Shown: positions 34,252 through 43,056, numbered from the stretch's first letter. The stretch: 64,000 nucleotides of DNA from an uncultured bacterium (GCA_902774245.1 CACYHQ010000012.1:2158-66157), one strand, 5' to 3'. The notes: generated from the sequence alone by a model not told the origin. Numbers and translations: made by a program.

Positions 34252-36344
34252 AAAGTCACCTTGTTGTAGTGCTTATTGTTGATATTGTAAAGGAATCCGA
34301 CAATGTTTTTAACGTGGAACGTTCTCAGGAACTGGAGAATACGGTAAACGCTCAGTTTTGAGGTCTGTGCATATTTCATCGGAATGACGGTAAGATCGGC
34401 ATTGTGGGCAATTTCAGCGAACAGCTGACGGTGCAGCTCAAAATCAAACAGATCCCACACGATCAGAGAAACGGACTTGGACTTATAAGCTGTCTTGACA
34501 CGCTGGATCTGATCGCTCGTCAATGGAGAAATGAACGAAAGATCGTCCAGCTTGAAGAAAACCTTGTGTTCCTTGTCCGGTTTCGGAGCATCATCGGTAA
34601 ACTGATACAGATAGTCATTGATCAGAACTGGCGCGGAGCCAGCCGCGGACGAAGCGGCCTCATCCTCCGCAATAGGCGCAATCACCACATAGTTGCACCC
34701 CAGTCGGATCTTCAAAGTCTCACAGAACTCTTCCCGTATCTTTTCATCCATATCCGACCGCTTGTTCGGGGCAAACACAAGCAGAAGAGGGTGCTCCGGA
34801 GAAATATTGGAGAAATAATCTTCCCCGTTCGTGATGATCGTCTGAAGTGCACTGTAATAGTTGGCGCGATAGGCCTGTTCCAATACCGGGATCATCCCCA
34901 GCATTTTGATCCTGAGAGCCTGTTCGATGTCCACACTGGAACGGATCGACAAGTTGAACAGCTCACAGCCGATGACAATCGAAACCGCGACAAAGGTTCC
35001 CAGAATAAAGCCGATAATGGCCCACATTCCTCTTTTGCGCGAAAGCGACGTATTGGGGGGCTTCGCAAGTTCCTGGATGGAGATGTCGGAAAAAGAACGG
35101 TCCAGGAAGTTGCGGATCGTCGTGATCTGAAGCTTGTTTTTGTTGATTTGATCCTTTAACTGGGCAAGGTCTATTTCCATTTGGCGAATGACAGGCTGAA
35201 TCTGCGCAAGAAGTTCGCGTCTGGCACGGAGCTGGACAGCGATCTCATTGTTCAGCTTGATGTCATTCGACAAAGCCGTTATTTCGGACCGTTGCTTCGC
35301 GATGGAAACCAGTATCTGAGTATAGGCCGGATTGCGCTGTACTATAACCTTGCTGTTCGCATCGTTTTCCACCGATTCATCTTCCTGTTGCGTTTTCTCC
35401 AGGTCGGCTCTCATTTCTTTGACAAGCTCGCGCTGCTGAATCAGAAGAGGATTGTTCTTCGCGTAAATCTGCTCGTATTCCTTCAGTGTGGCTTCCGCCT
35501 GAGTAAGCCTGTCTTCTGCAAGCGTACTTTTCTCTCTGAGGGTAACGACTTCTTCCGGCGTATTGGCGAGTTCGCCCTGCAATTCATACAACGCCTGTTT
35601 TGCCGAATCCAAAGTGGATGAGGAACGCGTGAGCAGATCTTCGACCTGAAGCAGACGCTGGTTGTTGAACGCGATGTCGCTTTCAATCGTCGTAAGATTG
35701 TTTTCCGCGCACAGAGTCTTGAGGTTTTCGTTGATCTCTTCCAGCTGCTTTTCCATTTCGTTCTGGGTACGGGTATAGCTGTCGCGGAGGTCTTCCAGAT
35801 TCTTCCGGATCAGTTTTTTATACTCTTCGATAAACACGTCGGCCAGCGTGTTCGCCAATGCCGCGGACATCGTCGGGTCCTTGGACGATGCAGATACATA
35901 AAAATAATCGGAGTTCTTTTCCGACTGGACAGTGATATTGTTGAAAAGCTGTTCCGCAGTATAGGGAAGGCTGAGACGCTTGACCGTCTCCTCCAGCACG
36001 GCACGGCTCTTGAACAAGCTCATGATAACGGATTTCTGAATATTCACATAGCCGGGCGGAAGAATACCGCTCTTCGTATCCGTGACCTGCTGGCGGATCA
36101 GGCCGCAATTCGCCACATACACGTTGGTCGTGGTCATTGTACGGATAAAAAACATCGAAACAGCAAAAAGCAGCGGGAACAGAGCAAACAGCCACCACAT
36201 TCTCTGAACTGCACTGACCCAGCACCAAATATCCCGCTTGAACAAACGGGTAAAACGGATGATCGCGGGTTCGGAGCCTTCCTGTTCCGAAATGGTGTTA
36301 TTCTCACGGAAGGTTTCGACATCGCCGTTGTCTGACAAAATCAT
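34248..36344 (-). CDS. polysaccharide chain-length determinant (Wzz/GumC/Wzc-like) with a degenerate C-terminal kinase-like region
   Basis: Wzz-type N-terminal TM with a periplasmic coiled coil and a second TM (MWAIIGFILGTFVAVSIVIGC). In the C-terminal domain, LLLVFAPNKRSDMD occupies the position where the Walker A motif GxGK(S/T) is expected. Confidence 0.75.
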   Translation of the reverse strand: MILSDNGDVETFRENNTISEQEGSEPAIIRFTRLFKRDIWCWVSAVQRMWWLFALFPLLFAVSMFFIRTMTTTNVYVANCGLIRQQVTDTKSGILPPGYVNIQKSVIMSLFKSRAVLEETVKRLSLPYTAEQLFNNITVQSEKNSDYFYVSASSKDPTMSAALANTLADVFIEEYKKLIRKNLEDLRDSYTRTQNEMEKQLEEINENLKTLCAENNLTTIESDIAFNNQRLLQVEDLLTRSSSTLDSAKQALYELQGELANTPEEVVTLREKSTLAEDRLTQAEATLKEYEQIYAKNNPLLIQQRELVKEMRADLEKTQQEDESVENDANSKVIVQRNPAYTQILVSIAKQRSEITALSNDIKLNNEIAVQLRARRELLAQIQPVIRQMEIDLAQLKDQINKNKLQITTIRNFLDRSFSDISIQELAKPPNTSLSRKRGMWAIIGFILGTFVAVSIVIGCELFNLSIRSSVDIEQALRIKMLGMIPVLEQAYRANYYSALQTIITNGEDYFSNISPEHPLLLVFAPNKRSDMDEKIREEFCETLKIRLGCNYVVIAPIAEDEAASSAAGSAPVLINDYLYQFTDDAPKPDKEHKVFFKLDDLSFISPLTSDQIQRVKTAYKSKSVSLIVWDLFDFELHRQLFAEIAHNADLTVIPMKYAQTSKLSVYRILQFLRTFHVKNIVGFLYNINNKHYNKVTL

Positions 36345-37759
36345 TCAAAAACTCCTCTCTGTTGCGGAATGCGGCTATCTGCGCACAGATTATGCCGCAG
36401 GATCCCCATCAATATCTTAATATTGAGCCAACTGTTCAATGCATGCGCATAAAACAGCTCGTCGAGTTCAATTTGGTATGGTTCATTTTCATGGCCGAGA
36501 TACTCGCTGTAGGAAAAAATGCCCGGCGCGTAACCGGGCAATTCCCGGATAAAAGATTCATTGTGTTCCGTAGCCTCAAAAAAACGGTTCCCGACCAGGC
36601 GAAGTTTCCCCGTCACAGCAGAGGACAGCAAATGATATTTGTTCAGGGTTAGGCTGCGGAAAAGTCTCCCCGCCAGGCTGTCCTGCGGCAGGACATATCT
36701 GTTCACGGATACAGTACGCTTCCGTCCGTTCACCATCAGGCATTCCGCCAGAGTGGAGTGGATTTCCAGAAACGGCCTCAGCAGAAAATAGGGCAGAGTC
36801 TGAAGAATGAACAGAAGCAGAGCCAGTATCCGCTGGTAACCCGGACATCTGCTGTATTCGTTCGGCTCCACTTCAGAAAGAACGGATTCGTTCGCGACAT
36901 CAATGCAGATCCCCGATTCCGGATCAATGAGATGATTCCCACAGCATATCTTCCCGTTGATTTCGGTGTTCCGCCCGACATAGGTATTGCCGAGCACAAT
37001 CGAGTTCAAAATCGTTGCACCGTTGTCAATGATGCATTTGTCGCCCACAATGATATTCGGTCCGGCATGGACTCCGGACCCGAACTGAATTCCATTCCCG
37101 AGAATGACGGGGGATTTGACGCGGGCAGAGCCGGAAATCTGAACGTCGCATCCGACAAAACTGTGTTTTCCTTCGCTGAAGCCCGGAAGATTGTATTTTT
37201 CGATGTCGCTTCCGGCCAGACGCATGTTGTGCATGTAATAACCGCGAATATCGGTCACGGATGCGCCGCGCACAGGAGCATTGTCGCGGAATCCGCTCAT
37301 ATCGTCCGGCAGATCGTCCAGTCTGCCACGCCCGATCAAATACCAAGCGGCGGAATCGTCCGAACAGCCATTCACCTCGTCGGCTCCGATGTTCAGCTCG
37401 AGCGGAACCCGCTTGTCGTATTCAGGCAGGAACAGCCCGGAAAAAACAAGGAGATCGCAATCGCGGCAAAACGCCATATTCTGCCGGATCACGTGCTTGA
37501 TCGATTGCCGGGGAGTCATCCCGCCATAGCTGATGTTCAGACCAAGCATTTCGCCGTTTCTGTACTGCGTACGCAAAATACCCGATTCCTCGTCGGAAAC
37601 GATCCGGACTTCATGAATCCCGCTCAGGACGCAGTAATCCAGCATAAACTCAATCGCCGGTTTGTTCGCGAACGGCAGCATATACACAGGATAGTCGGGG
37701 AAATAACGGCTCCATTCCGTATTGCCGCGAACCGGACAGCAAAGAAGCGCTTTCATCAT
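36341..37759 (-). CDS. three-part fusion: degenerate nucleotidyltransferase-like domain, hexapeptide beta-helix, degenerate Bac_transf-like C-terminus
   Basis: N-terminal PVYMLPFANKPAIEFMLDYCVLSGIHEVRIV resembles sugar-1-P nucleotidyltransferases but lacks GxGTRL. The middle segment VILGNGIQFGSGVHAGPNIIVGDKCIIDNGATILNSIVLGNTYVG is a left-handed beta-helix. The C-terminal LRLVGNR...LDELFYAHALNSWLNIKILMGIL resembles sugar-transferase tails. Confidence 0.6.
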   Translation of the reverse strand: MMKALLCCPVRGNTEWSRYFPDYPVYMLPFANKPAIEFMLDYCVLSGIHEVRIVSDEESGILRTQYRNGEMLGLNISYGGMTPRQSIKHVIRQNMAFCRDCDLLVFSGLFLPEYDKRVPLELNIGADEVNGCSDDSAAWYLIGRGRLDDLPDDMSGFRDNAPVRGASVTDIRGYYMHNMRLAGSDIEKYNLPGFSEGKHSFVGCDVQISGSARVKSPVILGNGIQFGSGVHAGPNIIVGDKCIIDNGATILNSIVLGNTYVGRNTEINGKICCGNHLIDPESGICIDVANESVLSEVEPNEYSRCPGYQRILALLLFILQTLPYFLLRPFLEIHSTLAECLMVNGRKRTVSVNRYVLPQDSLAGRLFRSLTLNKYHLLSSAVTGKLRLVGNRFFEATEHNESFIRELPGYAPGIFSYSEYLGHENEPYQIELDELFYAHALNSWLNIKILMGILRHNLCADSRIPQQRGVFE

Positions 37760-37760
37760 T

Positions 37761-38564
37761 TCAGTACGCCCCTTTCCCCGTCAGCACGGCCGGAACAGTC
37801 TTGAACAGAATCAGCACGTCCTTCCAGAACCCCTGTCCGCGGATGTATTCCTTGTCAAGCACGACCTGTTCCCGGAACGGGATGTCGCTCCGTCCTGAGA
37901 TCTGCCAGATACAGGTGATCCCCGGCAGGATATCCAGACGCTTCCGATCATCAAGCGTGTACTGCGCGACCTCGGACGGCAGCGGCGGCCGCGGACCAAC
38001 CAGGCTCATGTCACCGAGCAGGACATTGAAAAACTGCGGAGCTTCGTCGATGCTGTATTTCCGGATAAACCGGCCGCATCTCGTAATGCGCGGATCATTT
38101 TTCATCTTGAAAATCACGCCGTCCTTCGACTCGTTTGTCTTCTCCAGCGCGGCACGGCGAGCTTCGGAATCGATATACATGGAGCGGAACTTGTAAAAAT
38201 AAAACGGTCGCCCGTGGAGCCCGACTCTGACCTGACGATAAATGAGCGGCCCGGGAGAATCAAGCTTAAGCCAGACCGCGATGACCAGAAAAAGCGGAAG
38301 AAGCATTATGATCGCGGCCAGACTGCCGCATACATCCATTCCGCGCTTAAAAACACGGCTGCTGTTTACGGAGAAAAGGCGGATGCGTTTTTTGAGGCGC
38401 GAACGGGGCTTTGAGAAAAAACCGGCATGGGAAGATATGGATGAAGAAAACAGGGAAAACCCGTCCAAACCGGATGCCATATCAACCCCTGACGCACTTG
38501 CGTCCTGCATCCGGCGGAACAACCCCTTTTCCAGTTCCGCTGACTCCAGGCTGTTCAGCCTCAT
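37761..38564 (-). CDS. undecaprenyl-phosphate sugar phosphotransferase (Bac_transf, initiating PGT)
   Basis: KRGMDVCGSLAAIIMLLPLFLVIAVWLKLDSPGPLIYRQ...YKFRSM...DEAPQFFNVLLGDMSLVGPRP...PGITCIWQISGRSD is a complete PGT signature. Start position is uncertain. Confidence 0.9.
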   Translation of the reverse strand: MRLNSLESAELEKGLFRRMQDASASGVDMASGLDGFSLFSSSISSHAGFFSKPRSRLKKRIRLFSVNSSRVFKRGMDVCGSLAAIIMLLPLFLVIAVWLKLDSPGPLIYRQVRVGLHGRPFYFYKFRSMYIDSEARRAALEKTNESKDGVIFKMKNDPRITRCGRFIRKYSIDEAPQFFNVLLGDMSLVGPRPPLPSEVAQYTLDDRKRLDILPGITCIWQISGRSDIPFREQVVLDKEYIRGQGFWKDVLILFKTVPAVLTGKGAY

Positions 38565-38609
38565 TTCAGCCTCCTTAGCCGATACGCCGTCTCAAGCGAG
38601 TGCGGCGTG

Positions 38610-38948
38610 TTACGCCTCGCGGGCAGCCTTGATCGCTTCGCTCAGGTCGTCGTAAATATCGAAAATACGGAATGCCTTCGTGATCTCAAAGATCATTCTC
38701 GCACGCTGCGTCAGATTCGCCAGTTTCAGAGTCCCGTTGAATTCCGTGCAGCTTTTCAGGCAGAATACCAGCGTTCCAAGACCCGTGCTGTCCAGGTTTT
38801 CCATCTCGGACAGGTCAAACACAAATTTGCGCTGGGTGGCGAACAATTCAAGAAACTTGGACCGGAGCGTCTCCGCATTTTCAGCAGAAAGATGGCCTTT
38901 GATCTGAATGACCTCGATTCCATCGTTTTCGAAATTGGAAATTTCCAT
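38610..38948 (-). CDS. STAS-domain anti-sigma-factor antagonist (SpoIIAA/RsbV-like)
   Basis: 112 aa. FVFDLSEMENLDSTGLGTLV contains the conserved DS(T/S)GLG phospho-serine motif. It is the first gene of the EPS export operon. Confidence 0.85.
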   Translation of the reverse strand: MEISNFENDGIEVIQIKGHLSAENAETLRSKFLELFATQRKFVFDLSEMENLDSTGLGTLVFCLKSCTEFNGTLKLANLTQRARMIFEITKAFRIFDIYDDLSEAIKAAREA

Positions 38949-39041
38949 GTGTTTTTCTCTTCTGGTTCACTGTTTCAAAACTACGGCATACGCGCCGCAC
39001 ATACTGTCTATAACATACATCATATTTACAAAAAATCAAAC

Positions 39042-39095
39042 TTTTTTTCCCATTTCAAGCTTTTTTTACCGTTTTTTTCACTTTTTCCCCCTTTT
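39042..39095 (-). promoter_or_regulatory. phased T/A-tracts (candidate intrinsically bent DNA) upstream of the STAS-EPS operon
   Basis: T7 at 39042-39048, T7 at 39061-39067, T7 at 39072-39078, T5 at 39082-39086 and T4 at 39092-39095. The last four centres are about 9-11 bp apart. Confidence 0.3.
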
Positions 39096-39259
39096 ATCAG
39101 ACTATTTTCCCGCAAAAGAAAATAGTAGAAACATTTCGCCAAGAAAAAACATCTATCCGGGAAAGATATAAATATACCATCCAGTTTTATTAAAAACAAA
39201 ACAACGGAAATACAAACTAAAAGAATAATACGAGCGTCTATTGTCAGTCGGAATATCAC

Positions 39260-39301
39260 AAAAAGCACTCTCATCCATACGTTTCCGCAGAAAGAGAGTG
39301 C
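39260..39301 (-). terminator. Rho-independent terminator after the 39352 gene
   Basis: Reverse strand: GCACTCTC (21-nt loop) GAGAGTGC followed by TTTTTG. Confidence 0.45.
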
Positions 39302-39351
39302 AATTAGGCTCAGAAAAAAATTACTATTTCACTCCCCTTCCACAAAAGGAA

Positions 39352-39990
39352 TCAGTATCCGGCAGATTGAAGTGCGTCGTCAATCCGTTCCAGGAACTCC
39401 TGGACCGCCTCGATCGTGCTGCCAATGACTTCCTCTTCCTCGGGCGTCTCGAGCATTTGCTGAAGCTCTCCGGACTGAATGAGATCCAGCTGCGCGCGGT
39501 ATTCCTTCTCGAAATTCTCGCGCTCCTTTTCCAGCTCTTCAGGAGACATCTTTTCGATAGAGGATTCGCTGAGGTCGGCAAACAGCCGGATCAGCTCTTT
39601 TCCGCCCTCGCATTCCTCGATCACTTCCTGGCGTTCCTCGGGCGTACCGCGGAATTTACGGACCATCTCTTCGACCTCGTTCCGCATTTCTTCGACCTCG
39701 TTCCGCATTTCTTCGACCTCATTCCGCATTTCCACGACCTCGGAGTTGGCATTGTTGCGCTCGTCCAGGCTCTTCCCTGACTTGCTGCGGTTCTTCGCCG
39801 GACGGGAATCCGTTGCTTCGGCGCCCGGTTCATCCTTCTCTCCGCCGCCATAGACGCCGCATTCCGAACCGGATTCGGCTTCCTCGCCGGATTGTTGGAA
39901 ATGCGGACGCATTCGCAGTGCAATCACGGCTGCGGCGAGCATAAGCGCCAGCACGAAAAGGAGGAGAACGGTATAAAGTCTGTTGTTCAT
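39352..39990 (-). CDS. hypothetical membrane-anchored acidic protein with an EMRNEVE heptad repeat
   Basis: N-terminal anchor LYTVLLLFVLALMLAAAVIAL and a Glu-rich helical remainder. The start is 7 nt after the stop of the M16 peptidase gene. Confidence 0.6.
   Translation of the reverse strand: MNNRLYTVLLLFVLALMLAAAVIALRMRPHFQQSGEEAESGSECGVYGGGEKDEPGAEATDSRPAKNRSKSGKSLDERNNANSEVVEMRNEVEEMRNEVEEMRNEVEEMVRKFRGTPEERQEVIEECEGGKELIRLFADLSESSIEKMSPEELEKERENFEKEYRAQLDLIQSGELQQMLETPEEEEVIGSTIEAVQEFLERIDDALQSAGY
39669..39740. repeat. 21-nt in-frame tandem repeat (about 3.4 copies)
   Basis: cttcgacctcgttccgcattt units at 39669, 39690 and 39711, plus a partial copy. They encode EMRNEVE x3. Confidence 0.9.
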
Positions 39991-39997
39991 GCGGGGA

Positions 39998-42952
39998 TCA
40001 GTCGTTCGGGAAGAGTTCGTCCAGCTTCAGGATGCGGACCTTGCCGTACTTTTTGAGCCCCTCCTGATCGATCTGCTTCAGGTCGGCGAGGATCAGGATG
40101 ATGTTCTTCTTTCCGGCGACGCGCGTTTTCGCCTCGTCAAGATACTGCTCCATGCTCATCTTGAGCAGGCCCTCGTAGGCCGTTTTGCGCGATTCTTCCT
40201 TCAGGTCGAACTTTTTCATCGTGCGGCGGATGCCGTAGTAGTTTTCCTTCTGGACGCGCACGTTGCGGTACTGGGACAGCAGGTTCTGACGCGAAGACTC
40301 GAACGCCGCTGCGGCTCCGGTCTCCGGATCGTTCAGCAGGGCAAGCACGCCGTCGAGCGAGGTATAGAACTTGTCGTGCTGGGTGCCGATCGCGCCGTAG
40401 GACATGGAGTAGCCGTTCGGGTCGCGTCCGGGGTTGGAATACCCCGCGCCGACCGAATACGCCAGCGCCTGACGTTCGCGCAGTTCGTTCATGAACGTGC
40501 GGGATTCGAGCGTGGAGTAGATATCCTCGAAATCATACGGCTTTTCCTTGTATTTCCCGTCGAGACGGATGACCTCAATCTCCGCCTGCGCCGCGCCGGG
40601 ATAATCCACCACGTAGACCATGTCTTCCTCCGGCTCGACCGCCTGGAAGAACTGCGTTTTCGGGAACGTGCCGGGCGCACCGTTTTTGTCAATGACGCCG
40701 CTCAACAATTCTTTGACTTCTTTATCGTCGACGGGGCCGTAATACACCACGTCGTGCGTGAAACCGCGCAGGCCGTGGATGCGTCCGATCAGCTTTTCGG
40801 GGTCGATCTCGCGCATTTTCTTCACTGGCAGGATGTCGGCGGAATAGTTCTCCGGGCCGCCGTAGATCGCGAAACCGGACGCAGCGGACAGGCGCGAGCT
40901 GCGGCTCGACCGGCGGTCGGCGCGGCTCTTCTCGACGGCGTCGACGAGCGTCTTGTACGATTCCGCATCGGCCTTCACGTTGGAGATCACGTGGTTGAAG
41001 AGCGCGAGGGATTCCTTGAAATTGCGCTGAAGCCCGCTCAGCGTGAAACCGCAGCGGTCGGTCTCCACGAACGTGCCCATGCGGGCGGCGAGCTTGAACC
41101 ACTCCTGACGGAGCTCCTCGGCGGTATATTTGTCAGTGCCGAGTTCGTCGATCCAGCCGAGCGCGAGCGCGAGTTCCTTGTCCATGCGCGTGCCCACGGG
41201 GAACTGGAGCGAGAGGGAGAAGCGTTCGTTGATGTCATTTTTCGAGGTAAAAAGCGTGATGCCGTCGGCCAGCGGGGTGATATGAAGGTCTTTCTCAAGA
41301 TCGGCATAAACCGGACCGTTTTCGGGTTCGACGGGCAGGAGTTCGAAATTGCGTCCGAACTCGGAAAGTTCCTCGTGGACGGGCACGGGCGTGATGGGCG
41401 GCTTCACGGCCTTCACGATGTCCTTCGCCTCGCCCTGGCGCTTGTAGACGATCACGTAGTTGTCGCGGTAGTGCTTCTTCGCGAATTCGGTGATCTGCTC
41501 CTTCGTGATCTTCTCCATCGCATCGATGTCGTTCAGCTGGTCGACCAGCGGACGCCCCTCGATGAACGCATTGTTCAGCACGTGCGCGGCGGTGGAGGCG
41601 TCCTCGGAGATCGTGATGAGCGACATGCGCTGGTTGTTCACGATCGCGCCGGGGAGCCAGTCGGGGAACTCGCCGCGTTTGAGCTTTTCGAGTTCGCCGA
41701 GGATCAGGTCGCGTGTCTCTTCGAGCGTCTTGCCCTGCGCCGGTTCCGCCGCGAAAACATGCAGCAGATAGTCGCGCATAGCGTGGACGCCGCTGGATTC
41801 AGACATCACCTTGCGCGGCAGTTCCAGGTTCAGCTCCATGATGCCGCACAGGTTGTTGTTCAGAATGTTGTTGATCATCTCCAGCATGACCTCCGTGTCG
41901 CGGTCCGCCTCGAACCGGAACGCCAGCTGAATGCTCTCGGCGTCGGGTCCGAAGACTTCCGCGGTGCGGACGGATTCGATGGGCTGTTCGCGGCGGACGC
42001 GTCCGCTCTCGCCGAGGATCCTGCGGGCTTCCTGCTGTTTGGCCGTGTCGGTGCGGAACACGCCGAAATACTTGCGGACGGAGCGCATGGCCTCCTCATA
42101 ATTGAGGTCGCCGGCCAGGATGATCGCCATGTTCGCGGGCTGGTAATACTCGAAGAAGAAGAGCGAGATGTCGCTCATGGACGGACTCTTCAGGTGTTCC
42201 GGCAGCCCGAGGATGTCGCGGCCGTAGGGATGCGACAGAAAGAGCTGTTTGCGAAGCGCGGTGGAGGCGCGGCGGGCGTCGTTGTTCTGGGAGCGGTTGA
42301 ACTCCTCGTAGACGGCCTCGAGTTCGGTGTGGAATCTGCGGAGCGCGATGGAGGAGAAGCGGACGGATTCGAGGTAGAGATACTTGTCGAGCGCGTTGGA
42401 CGGGATGTTGTTGATGTAGACCGTCTCGTCGTATCCGGTCCAGGCGTTGGTGTCGGTCGCGCCGAGGCCGCGCACGAGCGTCCAGTATTCATCGTTGGAG
42501 TATTTGGCCGCCTCGCCGGAGACCTTGTCGATCTCGCGGTAGATGGCGGCGCGCTTTTCGGTGTCGGTCTCCTTGCGGTACTGGTCGAACAACTCCGCGA
42601 GCTTGCCGAGCAGCGGGGCTTCCTTTTCCCAGTCCAGCGACGCCAGCACGCCGTTGCCCTTGAACATCATGTGTTCGAAGTAGTGGGCGAGGCCGGTCGA
42701 GGCTTCCGGATCGTCGGCCCCGCCCGTACGCACGGAGATCAGCGAGGTGATGCGGGGTTCGAGGGTGTTGCGGGAGAGGAATACCTTCAGGCCGTTCTCC
42801 AGCACATAGGTACGCGTGGAGAACGGATCGTCGGGAATGTATTCGTAGGTGAACCCGTCTTTGTCGACGGCCTGTTTGGTCTCCCAGGCTCCGCAGAGGA
42901 ACGGCAGGGCAGTCAGCAAAAAGAACAGCAGACCGCAAATAGCTTTGCGCAT
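39998..42952 (-). CDS. M16-family (pitrilysin/insulinase) zinc peptidase, double-length
   Basis: Signal peptide and the inverted zinc motif HxxEH in GLAHYFEHMMFKG. At 984 aa it is consistent with fused active and inactive M16 halves duplicated. Confidence 0.9.
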   Translation of the reverse strand: MRKAICGLLFFLLTALPFLCGAWETKQAVDKDGFTYEYIPDDPFSTRTYVLENGLKVFLSRNTLEPRITSLISVRTGGADDPEASTGLAHYFEHMMFKGNGVLASLDWEKEAPLLGKLAELFDQYRKETDTEKRAAIYREIDKVSGEAAKYSNDEYWTLVRGLGATDTNAWTGYDETVYINNIPSNALDKYLYLESVRFSSIALRRFHTELEAVYEEFNRSQNNDARRASTALRKQLFLSHPYGRDILGLPEHLKSPSMSDISLFFFEYYQPANMAIILAGDLNYEEAMRSVRKYFGVFRTDTAKQQEARRILGESGRVRREQPIESVRTAEVFGPDAESIQLAFRFEADRDTEVMLEMINNILNNNLCGIMELNLELPRKVMSESSGVHAMRDYLLHVFAAEPAQGKTLEETRDLILGELEKLKRGEFPDWLPGAIVNNQRMSLITISEDASTAAHVLNNAFIEGRPLVDQLNDIDAMEKITKEQITEFAKKHYRDNYVIVYKRQGEAKDIVKAVKPPITPVPVHEELSEFGRNFELLPVEPENGPVYADLEKDLHITPLADGITLFTSKNDINERFSLSLQFPVGTRMDKELALALGWIDELGTDKYTAEELRQEWFKLAARMGTFVETDRCGFTLSGLQRNFKESLALFNHVISNVKADAESYKTLVDAVEKSRADRRSSRSSRLSAASGFAIYGGPENYSADILPVKKMREIDPEKLIGRIHGLRGFTHDVVYYGPVDDKEVKELLSGVIDKNGAPGTFPKTQFFQAVEPEEDMVYVVDYPGAAQAEIEVIRLDGKYKEKPYDFEDIYSTLESRTFMNELRERQALAYSVGAGYSNPGRDPNGYSMSYGAIGTQHDKFYTSLDGVLALLNDPETGAAAAFESSRQNLLSQYRNVRVQKENYYGIRRTMKKFDLKEESRKTAYEGLLKMSMEQYLDEAKTRVAGKKNIILILADLKQIDQEGLKKYGKVRILKLDELFPND

Positions 42953-43008
42953 GAGTGTTTTCCTTTCTTCCCCGCCGTCACGATCAGCGGACAGGCGGAT
43001 TCAATATT

Positions 43009-43039
43009 CGGGTATCTCCATTTGTACTTGAGATACCCG
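43009..43039. other. 10-bp perfect inverted repeat between the AsmA-like and M16 genes
   Basis: CGGGTATCTC (11-nt loop) GAGATACCCG. On the transcribed (minus) strand it lacks a clear U-tract, so its function is unclear. Confidence 0.3.
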
Positions 43040-43056
43040 GTTTTCAATGTCTAAGA

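Noticed and set aside
39983-43054. 1023-aa plus-strand ORF
   Set aside because: It is antisense to the M16 peptidase (HYFEH motif, signal peptide). It has no recognisable motif and shadow-ORF composition.
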